The position numbers and the translations under genes are program-made. The notes below the pieces were generated by a model. It was not told the origin of the DNA. It did no database searches and saw nothing but the letters and a program-made list of their open reading frames with translations. Below, piece after piece: positions 8,229 to 18,548 of a stretch of DNA of 64,000 nucleotides. Within the stretch, counting starts at the first letter, position 1, and each line of letters starts with the position of its first letter. The stretch is from Candidatus Omnitrophota bacterium (GTDB lineage Bacteria > Omnitrophota > Gorgyraeia > JAHJTE01): the NCBI GenBank assembly GCA_040753675.1, contig JBFMEB010000004.1, positions 4,288 to 68,287 of the forward strand, in the 5' to 3' direction.

Positions 8229-11200
8229 TTAATTAGTTAACGCATTTCTCATTTCCTTAATCCTATCCCGCAGCTGGGCGGCGCGCTCAAACTGCAGGTT
8301 ACGCGCTGCTATAGTCATTTCTTTTTCCAAATCTGCGATTAAGAGCTCTTTTTCAAAATCCCGGCTATTTAAATCAACTGATTTTCTTAAGAGCTCTTCT
8401 GCCTCGTATTCTTTCTCAATGCCCTCAACAATGGCCTTTTTTATTGAGCGGGGAGTTATTTTATTGCGCTGATTAAATTGGATCTGTTTTTTTCTGCGGC
8501 GGCTACTTTCATTCATTGCCGAAGCAATCGAATCTGTTATTGTATCCGCATACATAATAACCGTTCCGTTGATATTCCGGGCTGCTCTACCCGCGGTCTG
8601 GATTAAAGTTGTCTTGGAGCGCAAAAAGCCTTCTTTATCCGCATCTAAAATTGCCACCAAGGAAACCTCGGGCAAATCCAGACCTTCCCTCAATAGGTTG
8701 ATACCCACCAAGCAATCAAATTTTTTCTTTCTTAAATCCCGCAATATCTGGCTGCGCGCAATTGTATCAATCTCTGAATGAAGATAGTTAACCTCCAATC
8801 CTTCTTCCTTAAGATAAGTGGAGAGATCTTCAGCCATTCGCTTTGTTAAGGTAGTTACTAAGGTTCGTTCAGACTTATCTGCCCTTGCCTTTATTTCTTT
8901 TATAAGGTCATCAACCTGACCAGTAGTTGGCCGGAGGATAATTTGTGGGTCAACTAGTCCGGTTGGCCTAATAATCTGCTCAATAATTTTACCATTAGAG
9001 TGCTTTATTTCAAAGTCAGCTGGCGTGGCTGAGACATAAATTGTTTGATTCATTAAGGGTAAAAATTCTTCGAATTTTAAAGGCCGATTATCCAGACAAG
9101 AGGGCAGGCGAAATCCGTATTCCACCAAAGTTTGTTTGCGAGATTTATCGCCTTCGTACATCCCTCTTATCTGAGGTACGGTTACGTGCGACTCATCAAT
9201 TATAGTTAAAAAATCAGAGGGAAAATAGTCAATAAGGCAATATGGCCGGCTGCCGGCTGGCCTACCTGATAAATGTCTGGAATAATTTTCAATTCCTTGG
9301 CAGTAACCTGTTTCTTTGAGCATTTCCATATCGTATTTTGTGCGCGTGGCTAATCTATGTGCCTCTAAGATTTTACCTTGTTCCTTCAATTCTAAGCACC
9401 TTTGTTTTAATCCCGCCTTAATCGAGACTAAGGCAGAATTTATTTGCTCATCAGCTACCATAAAATGTTTTGCCGGTAAGATAGAAATCCTCTCTAATCT
9501 TGAGATTACTTTAGAATTTAAAGGATCTAGGGTGAATAAAGCCCGGACATTTTCTAAATCCAGCTGGATTCGGTAAGCGAACTGCATATAGCCGGGAAAA
9601 ACATCAATAAAATCCGCCCGGATTCTAAAACTGCCGGGCTTAAAATCAAAATCATTACGCTCATATTGTAAGCCCACTAAATCTTGGGCTATTTTAATTT
9701 TATCGCATTTTTCGCCGATCTGGAAATTCAATATTGAACTCTTATATTCTTGGGGTGAACCCAAATTATATATACAGGAGACAGATGCCACTATTAAACA
9801 ATCGCGCCGGGACATTAAAGAGCTGGTGGCGCTAAGCCGTAGCCGGTCTAAGCGCTCATTAATAGAAGCGTCTTTCTCTATATAGGTATCGGTAGCCGGT
9901 ATATAGGCCTCCGGCTGATAATAATCATAATAACTGACAAAATATTCAACAGCATTCTGAGGAAAAAATTCTTTAAATTCAGTGTAGAGCTGAGCTGCCA
10001 AAGTTTTATTATGCGAAATAACCAAGGTTGGCAGATTTAGCTTTTCAATCACATTTGCAAGGGTAAAAGTATTATGTATAAATAAACCTCCCTGACCAGC
10101 TAAAAAAGTTTCGTTATCTTTTACGCTTATGTCGTATATGTAAGGTCGTTTATAGTCTAAGGGTTTTATTTCCACCACAGGCGTCCAGCGACAATTCGAC
10201 AACTTGCTAATCTCTTCGATTAACTGTTTAGCCAAAAGATTATTTTTGGAATACTTATCAAGTACCGCAATTATCTTTTTAAATGTCCTGACTTGCGGGT
10301 TACGAATACCTGATTCTATCATAGAAATAGCCGAACGATCTATCCCCGCCGCTTGCGCAATAATATCTTGACTGATTTTTAAAATATTACGTATTTGCCG
10401 CAGCTTTGGACCTACGCCAAAAATAAGGTCTAGATTATGGTGTGGATTACGCAAAATTTCGGTTTTTAGCTTATCCTGCTTGTCTTTTGAAATAAAACCT
10501 ATATTTTTGGCAAAAATTCTTAGATTTTCTTGATTGTAAAATGAAACTCTCCAATACCAGTCTCCTTTATGAGAAGAATTCAACGCTCTCTTAAAAACCT
10601 TCTTAACCCGTGCCCAGATACCAAAACGCAATAATGCATAGGCAATATCAGAGGCTAACTCTCTACTAGCCGTAGTCATGCTAACGCCCTTACCTCTTTC
10701 AATGGTGCCGTCACCATCAAAATATGCGCGTAAAAGCACTGCCAACTGCTTCTGGGATAAAGCAGGCCAAAACCCCGGCAATCTTTTATTTCTTGCATTT
10801 TTTCCCACTAAATTACAGATAAAAGAAGCTAATAATGAAGACGAAATCTGAAAGTCAGAATTTTTTCTTATTGAGTAACGAAAATTTAATCTCTTAAAAA
10901 TTGATTTTAATCTCTTTCTGGTTTTATTATCAAAAGACGTAATCAAAATATATTTATCTTCGCTATGCCCTTCGGCAATAAAGTATCCCAAGAAAGACAA
11001 TATATATTTATTTACCGATAGCATAGCAGATAAATATTGTCTAGAATTTGTTTTAGGAGTTATCTTGATTTTCCGCAATTGGGCATGATTCAATTTATAA
11101 TTGAATCTATCCAATAACACAGAAAAGACTTTAGCTGGAATCCTCTTTCCTTTTATCCCGCGAGATATACAATAAAGTTTATTATACCCACATTTAAAAT

Positions 11201-11876
11201 AACGAGAAAAGATGGTAACAATCTTATCTTTGCCAAATCTAAATATCAACTTTCTTAATAACTTTTCTGCCTCTAGATAAAATCTCTCGTTGTTGTGTAA
11301 ATATTCTAAAACAGGCACAAAAAGCAGATCTTCCTTCACCCGAGGCAACTCTTTAGGTAAAGGTATATAATCTGTATTTTTTATTTGCTCTGTGCGAATA
11401 AGCATCAACTTGCCATCTCGCAATACCCAAAAGTTATGGTGGGAGCTGACAATAATCTCTCTACCACACGATGTCGTCATCAAAAACATTTTTTTTGAGG
11501 ACTGATGACGGATAAAAGAGTTTATCGACTTTAGCTCTGATTTATAATTTTTGGGATTAAAACTTAAGGTATAATACCTAAGTTTTGACGAGGCAATAAT
11601 CTCTGCATGGCGAAATCGGGTTTTCTCTTTCTGATTTTGCTTTATAATTTCATCGATAAAGTCTCCTATTTTAACTAACGCCGCCGAGAAAGTGTTTTTG
11701 TCTGTCTTCTTAAATATTAAAATTTTTTCATCTCTATCTAGGCTTTTACCTGAACCCGTCACCCCCAAAAGCACTTGACTCTTAACGCCATTTTTTAAGT
11801 TATCCACTAACTTCTCAATCGCCTGGGGCTGATCACCGCAAGGCTTAAAATTGGATACTAATTTGAATTTATCCAT
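8229..11876 (-). CDS. uvrB: Excinuclease ABC subunit B interrupted by a 558-aa intein in the P-loop
   Basis: N-extein ends ...LLGVTGSGK. C-extein starts TFTLANVIEKLN...AAQLYTEFKEFFPQNAVEYFVSYYDYYQPEAY and is 613 aa by my count. The exteins are collinear with UvrB, including the C-terminal UvrB/UvrC interaction region. Confidence 0.9.
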   Translation of the reverse strand: MDKFKLVSNFKPCGDQPQAIEKLVDNLKNGVKSQVLLGVTGSGKSLDRDEKILIFKKTDKNTFSAALVKIGDFIDEIIKQNQKEKTRFRHAEIIASSKLRYYTLSFNPKNYKSELKSINSFIRHQSSKKMFLMTTSCGREIIVSSHHNFWVLRDGKLMLIRTEQIKNTDYIPLPKELPRVKEDLLFVPVLEYLHNNERFYLEAEKLLRKLIFRFGKDKIVTIFSRYFKCGYNKLYCISRGIKGKRIPAKVFSVLLDRFNYKLNHAQLRKIKITPKTNSRQYLSAMLSVNKYILSFLGYFIAEGHSEDKYILITSFDNKTRKRLKSIFKRLNFRYSIRKNSDFQISSSLLASFICNLVGKNARNKRLPGFWPALSQKQLAVLLRAYFDGDGTIERGKGVSMTTASRELASDIAYALLRFGIWARVKKVFKRALNSSHKGDWYWRVSFYNQENLRIFAKNIGFISKDKQDKLKTEILRNPHHNLDLIFGVGPKLRQIRNILKISQDIIAQAAGIDRSAISMIESGIRNPQVRTFKKIIAVLDKYSKNNLLAKQLIEEISKLSNCRWTPVVEIKPLDYKRPYIYDISVKDNETFLAGQGGLFIHNTFTLANVIEKLNLPTLVISHNKTLAAQLYTEFKEFFPQNAVEYFVSYYDYYQPEAYIPATDTYIEKDASINERLDRLRLSATSSLMSRRDCLIVASVSCIYNLGSPQEYKSSILNFQIGEKCDKIKIAQDLVGLQYERNDFDFKPGSFRIRADFIDVFPGYMQFAYRIQLDLENVRALFTLDPLNSKVISRLERISILPAKHFMVADEQINSALVSIKAGLKQRCLELKEQGKILEAHRLATRTKYDMEMLKETGYCQGIENYSRHLSGRPAGSRPYCLIDYFPSDFLTIIDESHVTVPQIRGMYEGDKSRKQTLVEYGFRLPSCLDNRPLKFEEFLPLMNQTIYVSATPADFEIKHSNGKIIEQIIRPTGLVDPQIILRPTTGQVDDLIKEIKARADKSERTLVTTLTKRMAEDLSTYLKEEGLEVNYLHSEIDTIARSQILRDLRKKKFDCLVGINLLREGLDLPEVSLVAILDADKEGFLRSKTTLIQTAGRAARNINGTVIMYADTITDSIASAMNESSRRRKKQIQFNQRNKITPRSIKKAIVEGIEKEYEAEELLRKSVDLNSRDFEKELLIADLEKEMTIAARNLQFERAAQLRDRIKEMRNALTN
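10071..11744 (-). mobile_element. Intein (Ser1 ... His-Asn, +1 Thr) with a LAGLIDADG homing-endonuclease core and an internal HTH
   Basis: Inserted between GSGK and TFT of the Walker A motif. Two LAGLIDADG-like motifs (LGYFIAEGHS and LLRAYFDGDGTI), an XRE-type HTH (ISQDIIAQAAGIDRSAISMIESGIRNP), and a C-terminal ...LFIHN followed by T. Boundaries computed from my residue counts. Confidence 0.8.
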
Positions 11877-11934
11877 ATTTATTTACCCAGTTAGAAAACC
11901 TCGTCCCGTTAGAAACGAAATTTTCTAACGAGAT
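11877..11934. repeat. GTTAGAAA direct repeats followed by inverted copy (CGTTAGAAA-cgaaat-TTTCTAACG)
   Basis: Read directly in the spacer upstream of uvrB. Confidence 0.45.
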
Positions 11935-13119
11935 TTACTTTGCTTGGAAATCTTTCCAGTGGTAGGGTTTTGTCTGATAAGGTCGTTTGAGACTCTGGAT
12001 AGGCCGACCAGGACCAACTACGTCATCTTCTAAATCAATCCGTGCAAGATATGATCCATCTAACTTACTTTCCAAAAACCAGTTACCCGGAAAGGAAATA
12101 CCAACTTCATGCACACCAATAGTCTTCGGAATTTGTGCTGATACAATAGGCATCATCGCTTGCGCTCTTGGGTCAAGATTAGACGATAATCCTATAAACT
12201 GTCCAGAAGCATTGTTTAAAAAGCCACTTAAGGAATAACTCCCCTGTGTATCAAAAACCTCTACTTCAACCAGAATATTCAATGCTTCAAACTTTCCATT
12301 ATTATCAACGTCAGCCGCTACTTCCCTCACCTTGCCTGTTAAACAAGCTGTTTGTTTAGACGCATAAACTTGTGTCCAACCAATACGCTGGAAGGTCTTT
12401 GTATCTGTGGCGTTGATGTAAATTGTATACTGGTCTGGTCTATCAAACTTCAGGGTAGCAGTATAAATACCGTCGTCTAAAACAAGGTCGCCATCTAACG
12501 CGTTATCCTTAAATATAAGCTCTTGTTCTTTATTAGTATTAAAAGAGCTTGATTTACCTGTTACTGATGCTTTTAAACATGGTTGGCCATGTTTCCTTAA
12601 TCTTACTTCAATGCGCACAGGTTCACCTAATCTAATTAATTGAATCGGCGGAACTTGCAGCATATAATCTGGTTTTTCTGATGAAATATTAATACTGTAA
12701 TTAGTTATTTTCTCTCCCTTGGCCAGATTTAATTCAATCCGCCAAAGACCCGAAATAGGCCTGTCGAAAACGAGTGTATGAGACTTCATACCCTTGCCCT
12801 TGGCAGTGATTTTTTCTATCCTAATAGAATAATCTGATGATAGATCTGTTGGATCAATGCGTCTGCCATCAGGTAGAATAAAAACTACCTTTACTTTGCC
12901 AAGGTCAAATCCAAAAGAGGGTCCAAAAGAAAGCAAGCCGCTGGTGACACTAACTCTTATACGTAACTGCGAAGCCGGATCAACAAGAAATTGATGTACA
13001 ATTGTCTGGTCAGGTAAAATCTTACCACTTATCTCTGCAATTTGTTCAGCAAATACTAATTTAGGCGTCAAAAAAAATAGAATGTTTAACAAAAATAAAA
13101 TACTTAATTTTTTGTTCAT
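11935..13119 (-). CDS. Secreted hypothetical protein (signal peptide, beta-rich)
   Basis: 394 aa; N-terminal MNKKLSILFLLNILFFLTPKLVFA signal peptide. No recognisable catalytic motif. Confidence 0.5.
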   Translation of the reverse strand: MNKKLSILFLLNILFFLTPKLVFAEQIAEISGKILPDQTIVHQFLVDPASQLRIRVSVTSGLLSFGPSFGFDLGKVKVVFILPDGRRIDPTDLSSDYSIRIEKITAKGKGMKSHTLVFDRPISGLWRIELNLAKGEKITNYSINISSEKPDYMLQVPPIQLIRLGEPVRIEVRLRKHGQPCLKASVTGKSSSFNTNKEQELIFKDNALDGDLVLDDGIYTATLKFDRPDQYTIYINATDTKTFQRIGWTQVYASKQTACLTGKVREVAADVDNNGKFEALNILVEVEVFDTQGSYSLSGFLNNASGQFIGLSSNLDPRAQAMMPIVSAQIPKTIGVHEVGISFPGNWFLESKLDGSYLARIDLEDDVVGPGRPIQSLKRPYQTKPYHWKDFQAK

Positions 13120-14000
13120 TTTATCCCCCTGGTAACAATCTCTAAAGCAAGATTAACGGCTTTGGCAGAATGGGTTAAACTACCTACAGAAATTAAATCT
13201 ATTCCAGTTTTAGCTATTCTTTCAACATTTTCTAAATTTACGCCGCCAGAAACCTCAAGAAGTGTTTTACGAAGCGATAAATCATTTCTAATTCTGACCG
13301 CCATTCGTATTAAATCGACATTGAAATTATCTAACATTATAATATCAGGTCTTGCTTTTAATGCTGCATTAAATTCACTTAAATTAGCTACCTCAATCTC
13401 TACTATTTTGCCTTTTGCATTTTTCCTCGTAGAATAAATTGCCTCTTTAATAACCTTCTCTTTAAAGTTATCGCTCTTTAGTAATAACCTAAGATGATTT
13501 GTCTTTATTAAAACTGCTTCAGAGAGACTCTTACGGTGATTAAAACCTCCCCCTACGCGCACAGCATATTTCTGTAAAGTTCTTAGTCCAGGTATCGTTT
13601 TACGGGTATCCAGTATTTTTACGTTATTAGGATAAACTCTTCTAACAAACTCATGGGTCTGGGTAGCAATTCCGGAAAGATGCGACAGGTAATTAAGCGC
13701 GACTCTTTCTGCAGAAAGTATTGCCCTGGCCTTGCCAAAGATACTTAAAACCTTTGTATTCTTCTTTATCTGGTCCGCGTCGCAATAATAAGCTTTAAAA
13801 TTTATTTTTGGGTCAATTGTTTTAAAAGTGCTCTTGACTAAAGAAAGTCCAGCTAAAATGCAGTCTTGCTTAACGATTATATCTGCGCGCACCTTTAAAT
13901 TAGCCTCAATTAAGTTTTGTGTAGTTATATCAGAGAACGCAGCATCTTCTTTTAAGGCAGCTTTAAGAATATTTTTAAAATCAGCTTGCTTTAAGTGCAT
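13116..14000 (-). CDS. nadC: Nicotinate-nucleotide pyrophosphorylase (quinolinate phosphoribosyltransferase)
   Basis: 294 aa; EDAAFSDITTQNLIE..., ILDTRKTIPGLR, and the C-terminal TIM-barrel part (IMLDNF, VEVSGGVNLENV). Confidence 0.85.
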   Translation of the reverse strand: MHLKQADFKNILKAALKEDAAFSDITTQNLIEANLKVRADIIVKQDCILAGLSLVKSTFKTIDPKINFKAYYCDADQIKKNTKVLSIFGKARAILSAERVALNYLSHLSGIATQTHEFVRRVYPNNVKILDTRKTIPGLRTLQKYAVRVGGGFNHRKSLSEAVLIKTNHLRLLLKSDNFKEKVIKEAIYSTRKNAKGKIVEIEVANLSEFNAALKARPDIIMLDNFNVDLIRMAVRIRNDLSLRKTLLEVSGGVNLENVERIAKTGIDLISVGSLTHSAKAVNLALEIVTRGIK

Positions 14001-16731
14001 CGAGAATCCTTTTTAATTTCTCCAAACTATTTTTATTAAATTCTAACTTTTCTTTTTGGGCATCCACAACCTCCTGAGGCGCTTTTTTTAAAAATTCATT
14101 ATTCCTTAGCTGCTTATCTATACCTAAAATTAAGCTATTTAGTTCAATCTTTTTCTTTTCAATTCGCTTAATTTGCTCTACAACATCTCCTAAGTCTGAT
14201 AAGGGCACATAAATACTAAAACCTGCTTCTACGTCGGCAATTGCTTTTTGGGGTTTTTCAGCACTTTGCTTAAAAGTTACTGAACTAGATTTTGCCAAGA
14301 TTTTAAATTTATTAGCTAGACTTTGCAAAAATTCACAATCCTCTTTAGCCCCTCCTACAATTTGGCACTCAATTAATTGCGAAGGCGCTAAGGATAGCTT
14401 AGCTCTCAAATTCCTGACTCGGCTGACTAAAGAAATAAATTTGTCAAACTGAGCTTCCAATTCTAAATCAACAAATTCTTTTTTGTAAACTGGATATTGA
14501 GCTATCATTATTGAACCTGCTCTGCTGGAGAGTCGAGAGAATATTTCTTCGCTGATAAACGGCATAAAGGGATGTAATAATTTTAAAAACTCAACTAAAC
14601 AATATATTAGAACCGATTTTGTAATCTGGCGGTGAGGCAGACAATCATCTTTTGCCATTTCAATAAACCAATCGCAAAATTCATGCCAGAAAAATTCATA
14701 TAATAGCTTAGAACTTTCATTAAAATCAAAATTATCTAATGCAGCAGTTACATTTTTAATCGTCCTATTTAGCCGACTTAAAATCCAACGCTCCTGAATA
14801 TTTAATTCTTCGCTTTTTAGGGCAGGCAAGGCATCTACTTTAAAATTCATTAATATAAATCTAGAGGCATTCCAAATCTTGTTGGCAAAATTTCTGCCCA
14901 TCTGAAATTTTTCGGCCGATAAGAAAACATCCTGGCCGGTTGCAGTTATCGACACTAAACTAAACCGCAATGCGTCAGCCCCGAATTGCGAGATAATTTC
15001 CAATGGGTCAATAACATTGCCTAAAGACTTTGACATCTTCTTGCCTTCAATATCCCTGACCGTACCGTGGATGTAGACATTGCGAAAAGGCACATCTGCA
15101 ATGAATTCCAATCCAGCCATAATCATACGTGCTACCCAGAAGAAAATTATTTCTGGCGCCGTAACTAATACAGAAGTTGGATAGAAATACTTTAGGTCTT
15201 CTTCGTCTCTCGTCTCTCGTCTCTCGTCTCTCGTCTCAAACGGCCAGCCAAACGTAGCAAAAGGCCATAACCAACTCGAAAACCAAGTATCCAACACATC
15301 TTCATCCTGGACAATGTTACTGCCGCTGCAATTCGGGCATTTTTCCGGCTTTATTTTCGAGACAATGATTCCCTTTTTGTTTACAGTTGGCTGTTTACTG
15401 TTTACAGTAAAAGATTTTTCTGTTAACTGTTCACTGTTAACTGTACACTCGTTTGCCTGTTTTAAACAGTCTTTACAATAATAGACAGGCAAACGATGTC
15501 CCCACCAAATCTGGCGTGATATACACCAGTCTCCAATATTTTGCATCCAATTTAAATAAACCTTTCGCCAGCGAGATGGATGGAATTTAATTTTGCCTTT
15601 CTTTACCGCCTCTATTGCCGGTTTTGCCAAGGGTTTCATTTTCACAAACCATTGCTTTGATAAATATGGTTCAATTATAGTGTGGCATCTATAGCAATGG
15701 CCAGCGGATAAAGGATAATCTACTATTTTTTCTAAGTTTCCCCTTGTCTTTAAATCCTCTAAGACAATCTCTCTCGCTTTAAATCTGTCTAAGCCGCAAT
15801 ATTTACCAGCATTGCCATTCAAAATTCCATCTGGCTGCATAATATTTATGAATTGGAGATCATGCTTTTTCCCTAATAGATAGTCGTTATGATCATGGGC
15901 CGGCGTTACCTTAACCGCTCCTGTTCCAAACTTCATATCTACCATATTATCAGCAATTATTTTTATTTCTCTATTTACTAAAGGCAGAATCAGGGCTTGA
16001 CCGATAAACTTTTTATAACGTTTGTCTTTTGGGTTAACTGCAACCGCGCTATCACCCAACATTGTCTCAGGCCGAGTAGTAGCAACTACTATAAACTCTC
16101 TTTTATTTTCTTTGAAAGGATACTTTAAATAATAAAGATGTCCGCGTAACTCGCTATGCGGCGCCTCTTCATCTGAAAGAGCAGTTTGACATCGAGGGCA
16201 CCAATTGATGATATAATCACCCTGATAAATTAAACCCTTGTCGTAAAGGCGTGCGAATACCTCGCTGACCGCTAGAGAATAGCCTTCGTCCAGGGTAAAA
16301 CGAGTCCTCTCCCAATCACAAGAAGCGCCTAATTTTTTAAGTTGATTTATAATAGTTGTGCCATATTGTTTCTGCCAAACCCAAACCATCTCTAAGAATT
16401 TTTCCCTACCCAACTGCTGGCGCTTAAGGGACTCTTTTGCAAGTTGTCGCTCAACCACATTTTGAGTAGCAATGCCAGCATGGTCGGTTCCCGGCATCCA
16501 GAGAGCCTCTTTATTTTTCATACGCTGATAACGAATAAGAATATCCTGAATTGTATTATTTAGGGCATGTCCCATATGCAGTATTCCCGTGATATTAGGC
16601 GGAGGGATAACTATAGAGAATGGTTTTTTTGAAGGGTCAGGCTTTGCGCTAAATAGATTATTGGCCTGCCAGAAGCTATACCACTTATCCTCTACTTCTT
16701 TAGGATTGTATTGCTTAGATAGTTCATCCAT
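13981..16731 (-). CDS. valS: Valine--tRNA ligase
   Basis: 916 aa; HMGHALNNTIQDILIRYQRM (HIGH region), KMSKSLGNVIDP (KMSKS), and a C-terminal coiled coil. Contains two low-complexity insertions encoded by tandem heptamer repeats. Confidence 0.95.
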   Translation of the reverse strand: MDELSKQYNPKEVEDKWYSFWQANNLFSAKPDPSKKPFSIVIPPPNITGILHMGHALNNTIQDILIRYQRMKNKEALWMPGTDHAGIATQNVVERQLAKESLKRQQLGREKFLEMVWVWQKQYGTTIINQLKKLGASCDWERTRFTLDEGYSLAVSEVFARLYDKGLIYQGDYIINWCPRCQTALSDEEAPHSELRGHLYYLKYPFKENKREFIVVATTRPETMLGDSAVAVNPKDKRYKKFIGQALILPLVNREIKIIADNMVDMKFGTGAVKVTPAHDHNDYLLGKKHDLQFINIMQPDGILNGNAGKYCGLDRFKAREIVLEDLKTRGNLEKIVDYPLSAGHCYRCHTIIEPYLSKQWFVKMKPLAKPAIEAVKKGKIKFHPSRWRKVYLNWMQNIGDWCISRQIWWGHRLPVYYCKDCLKQANECTVNSEQLTEKSFTVNSKQPTVNKKGIIVSKIKPEKCPNCSGSNIVQDEDVLDTWFSSWLWPFATFGWPFETRDERRETRDEEDLKYFYPTSVLVTAPEIIFFWVARMIMAGLEFIADVPFRNVYIHGTVRDIEGKKMSKSLGNVIDPLEIISQFGADALRFSLVSITATGQDVFLSAEKFQMGRNFANKIWNASRFILMNFKVDALPALKSEELNIQERWILSRLNRTIKNVTAALDNFDFNESSKLLYEFFWHEFCDWFIEMAKDDCLPHRQITKSVLIYCLVEFLKLLHPFMPFISEEIFSRLSSRAGSIMIAQYPVYKKEFVDLELEAQFDKFISLVSRVRNLRAKLSLAPSQLIECQIVGGAKEDCEFLQSLANKFKILAKSSSVTFKQSAEKPQKAIADVEAGFSIYVPLSDLGDVVEQIKRIEKKKIELNSLILGIDKQLRNNEFLKKAPQEVVDAQKEKLEFNKNSLEKLKRILDALKAS
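15203..15237. repeat. Perfect heptanucleotide tandem repeat (TCGTCTC)x5 inside valS coding sequence
   Basis: Read directly. Encodes ETRDERRETRDEE inserted before the conserved YFYPTSVLVT segment. A second imperfect array (CTGTTAA/CTGTTCA/CTGTACA) at about 15380-15470 encodes TVNSEQLTEKSFTVNSKQPTVN. Confidence 0.8.
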
Positions 16732-16790
16732 GTTTAATCTTATTAGTGAATATTATGATTTTTGGTAGGCCTTTAAAAGAAAAAAGATAA

Positions 16791-18404
16791 TCAGGTATTA
16801 TTAATCTTATCCTTAATGAGTTTATACTCCACGCTATCGACTAACGCCTGCCAGCTCGCTTCAATAATGTTCTCAGATACTCCCACTGTGCCCCAAGACT
16901 CTTTTTCATCCTGCGATTGAATTAATACCCGCACCTTTGCTGCGGTACCAGATTTTGCGTCAAGCACTCGCACTTTAAAATCTGTCAAGCGCATCTTGGA
17001 TAGTGACGGATAAAAGCCTTTAAGCGATTTCCTTAAAGCATTATCTAAGGCATTGACCGGGCCATCGCCTTCAGCCGTGGTATGTTCCTGAACTTCATTC
17101 ACTTTTAATTTAATTGTCGCTTCGCTAACTAATTTGCCGTGCTCTTTTTTCTCGATAATAACCCGAAAGCCCTCTAAATGGAAAAATTGTTTATATTTCT
17201 TAAATGCCTTCTCTAAAAGTAAGGCAAAGGAGCCGTCTGCGGCCTCAAATTGATATCCTTTATGCTCTAGGTCCTGGATAAGTTTTAGTAACTGTTTTGC
17301 TTGGGGCGACTTTTTATTAAGATCAAACTCTAATTCCTTAGCTTTGATTACCAAAGGAGTTTTACCTGCCAACTCCGAGACGAGAATTTTTCGAGAATTC
17401 CCAACTCTCTCTGGCTCGATATGCTCATATGTCTTGGGATTTTTCATCATTGCATCTATGTGCACGCCACCTTTATGAGCAAAAGCGCTATGGCCCACAA
17501 AAGGAAGATTATCTGGATGTTTGATATTAGCTACTTCGCTAATAAACCTAGCCACTTCAGTAAGTTTTTTAAGCTGGCTGTCACTAATGCAATCAATATT
17601 TAACTTCAATTGAGCTATTGCAATTATCGCACAAAGGTCAGCATTGCCGCAACGCTCACCTAAGCCATTAAAAGTTCCCTGGACTTGAAGACATCCTGCC
17701 TGGATTGCCGCGATTGAGTTAGCCACCGCTAAACCCATATCATTATGAGTATGAATTCCTAACGGTAGACTAATGATATTTTTAACGTCGTGAATAATCT
17801 TAATCAAATCCGAAGTGAGGGTTCCCCCGTTCGTATCGCAAAGAACGATTACGCTTGCACCAGAAGAGGCTGCGATACGCAAAGTTTCTAACGCATAAGT
17901 ACGATTTGATCTATAGGCATCGAAGAAGTGTTCGGCATCATAGAAAACTGTAAGTTTCTTGGAAACCAGAAATTTAATACTGTTTGAAATTATTTTAAGA
18001 TTATCCTCTAAGCTCACTTTCAGCACATCTTTAACATGCAGATCCCAAGATTTACCGAATATGGTAACTGTTTTTGTGCCCGCATCTACTAATCTGACTA
18101 AATTCTCATCAGTGCTTGCCTTTTTATCTACCCTATGTGTAGAGCCAAAGGCAACTAACTGGCTAAAGGCCAAAGGGTGTTTCTGGAAATATTTAAAAAC
18201 TTCTCTATCTTTAGTATTAGAAGGCCAACCTGCTTCAATGTAATGGATGCCTAACTCGTCCAACACAGAGGTAATTCTAATCTTATCTTCCAAAGAAAAG
18301 GAAACTCCCTGTGTTTGAGCGCCATCGCGCAATGTCGTATCATAAAGCATTAATTGTTTTAAGCTCATCGAATTCCTCTTTTTTATAATAATAGGGCGTC
18401 GCAA
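16791..18404 (-). CDS. 2-isopropylmalate synthase / (R)-citramalate synthase family protein
   Basis: 537 aa; N-terminal DTTLRDGAQ HMGL-like TIM barrel with HTHND, plus a C-terminal LeuA dimerisation/regulatory domain. Confidence 0.8.
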   Translation of the reverse strand: MRRPIIIKKRNSMSLKQLMLYDTTLRDGAQTQGVSFSLEDKIRITSVLDELGIHYIEAGWPSNTKDREVFKYFQKHPLAFSQLVAFGSTHRVDKKASTDENLVRLVDAGTKTVTIFGKSWDLHVKDVLKVSLEDNLKIISNSIKFLVSKKLTVFYDAEHFFDAYRSNRTYALETLRIAASSGASVIVLCDTNGGTLTSDLIKIIHDVKNIISLPLGIHTHNDMGLAVANSIAAIQAGCLQVQGTFNGLGERCGNADLCAIIAIAQLKLNIDCISDSQLKKLTEVARFISEVANIKHPDNLPFVGHSAFAHKGGVHIDAMMKNPKTYEHIEPERVGNSRKILVSELAGKTPLVIKAKELEFDLNKKSPQAKQLLKLIQDLEHKGYQFEAADGSFALLLEKAFKKYKQFFHLEGFRVIIEKKEHGKLVSEATIKLKVNEVQEHTTAEGDGPVNALDNALRKSLKGFYPSLSKMRLTDFKVRVLDAKSGTAAKVRVLIQSQDEKESWGTVGVSENIIEASWQALVDSVEYKLIKDKINNT

Positions 18405-18548
18405 AAGCTCCGCCCTTGATTACATTGATTAAATTGTAGATTACGCAGATTAAAAACATCTTCTGCTTTTTTATCTGTGTAATCTTTTTTTAAAATCTGT
18501 GTAATCATAGGCTGGAACGTTTTTTAGTGACAGCCTTTTTAAAATAAG
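18405..18548. repeat. Palindromic repeat spacer (GGGCG..CGCCC hairpin; CGCAGATTA direct then ATCTGTGTAATC x2 inverted; GGCTG..CAGCC hairpin)
   Basis: Read directly between the lysC stop and the leuA-family start. Same architecture as the groES upstream array. Confidence 0.4.

Noticed and set aside
16791-18404. Specific assignment as LeuA versus CimA (citramalate synthase)
   Set aside because: It cannot be resolved by motif inspection alone. No leuB/leuCD are in the window to give context. Left as a family-level call.
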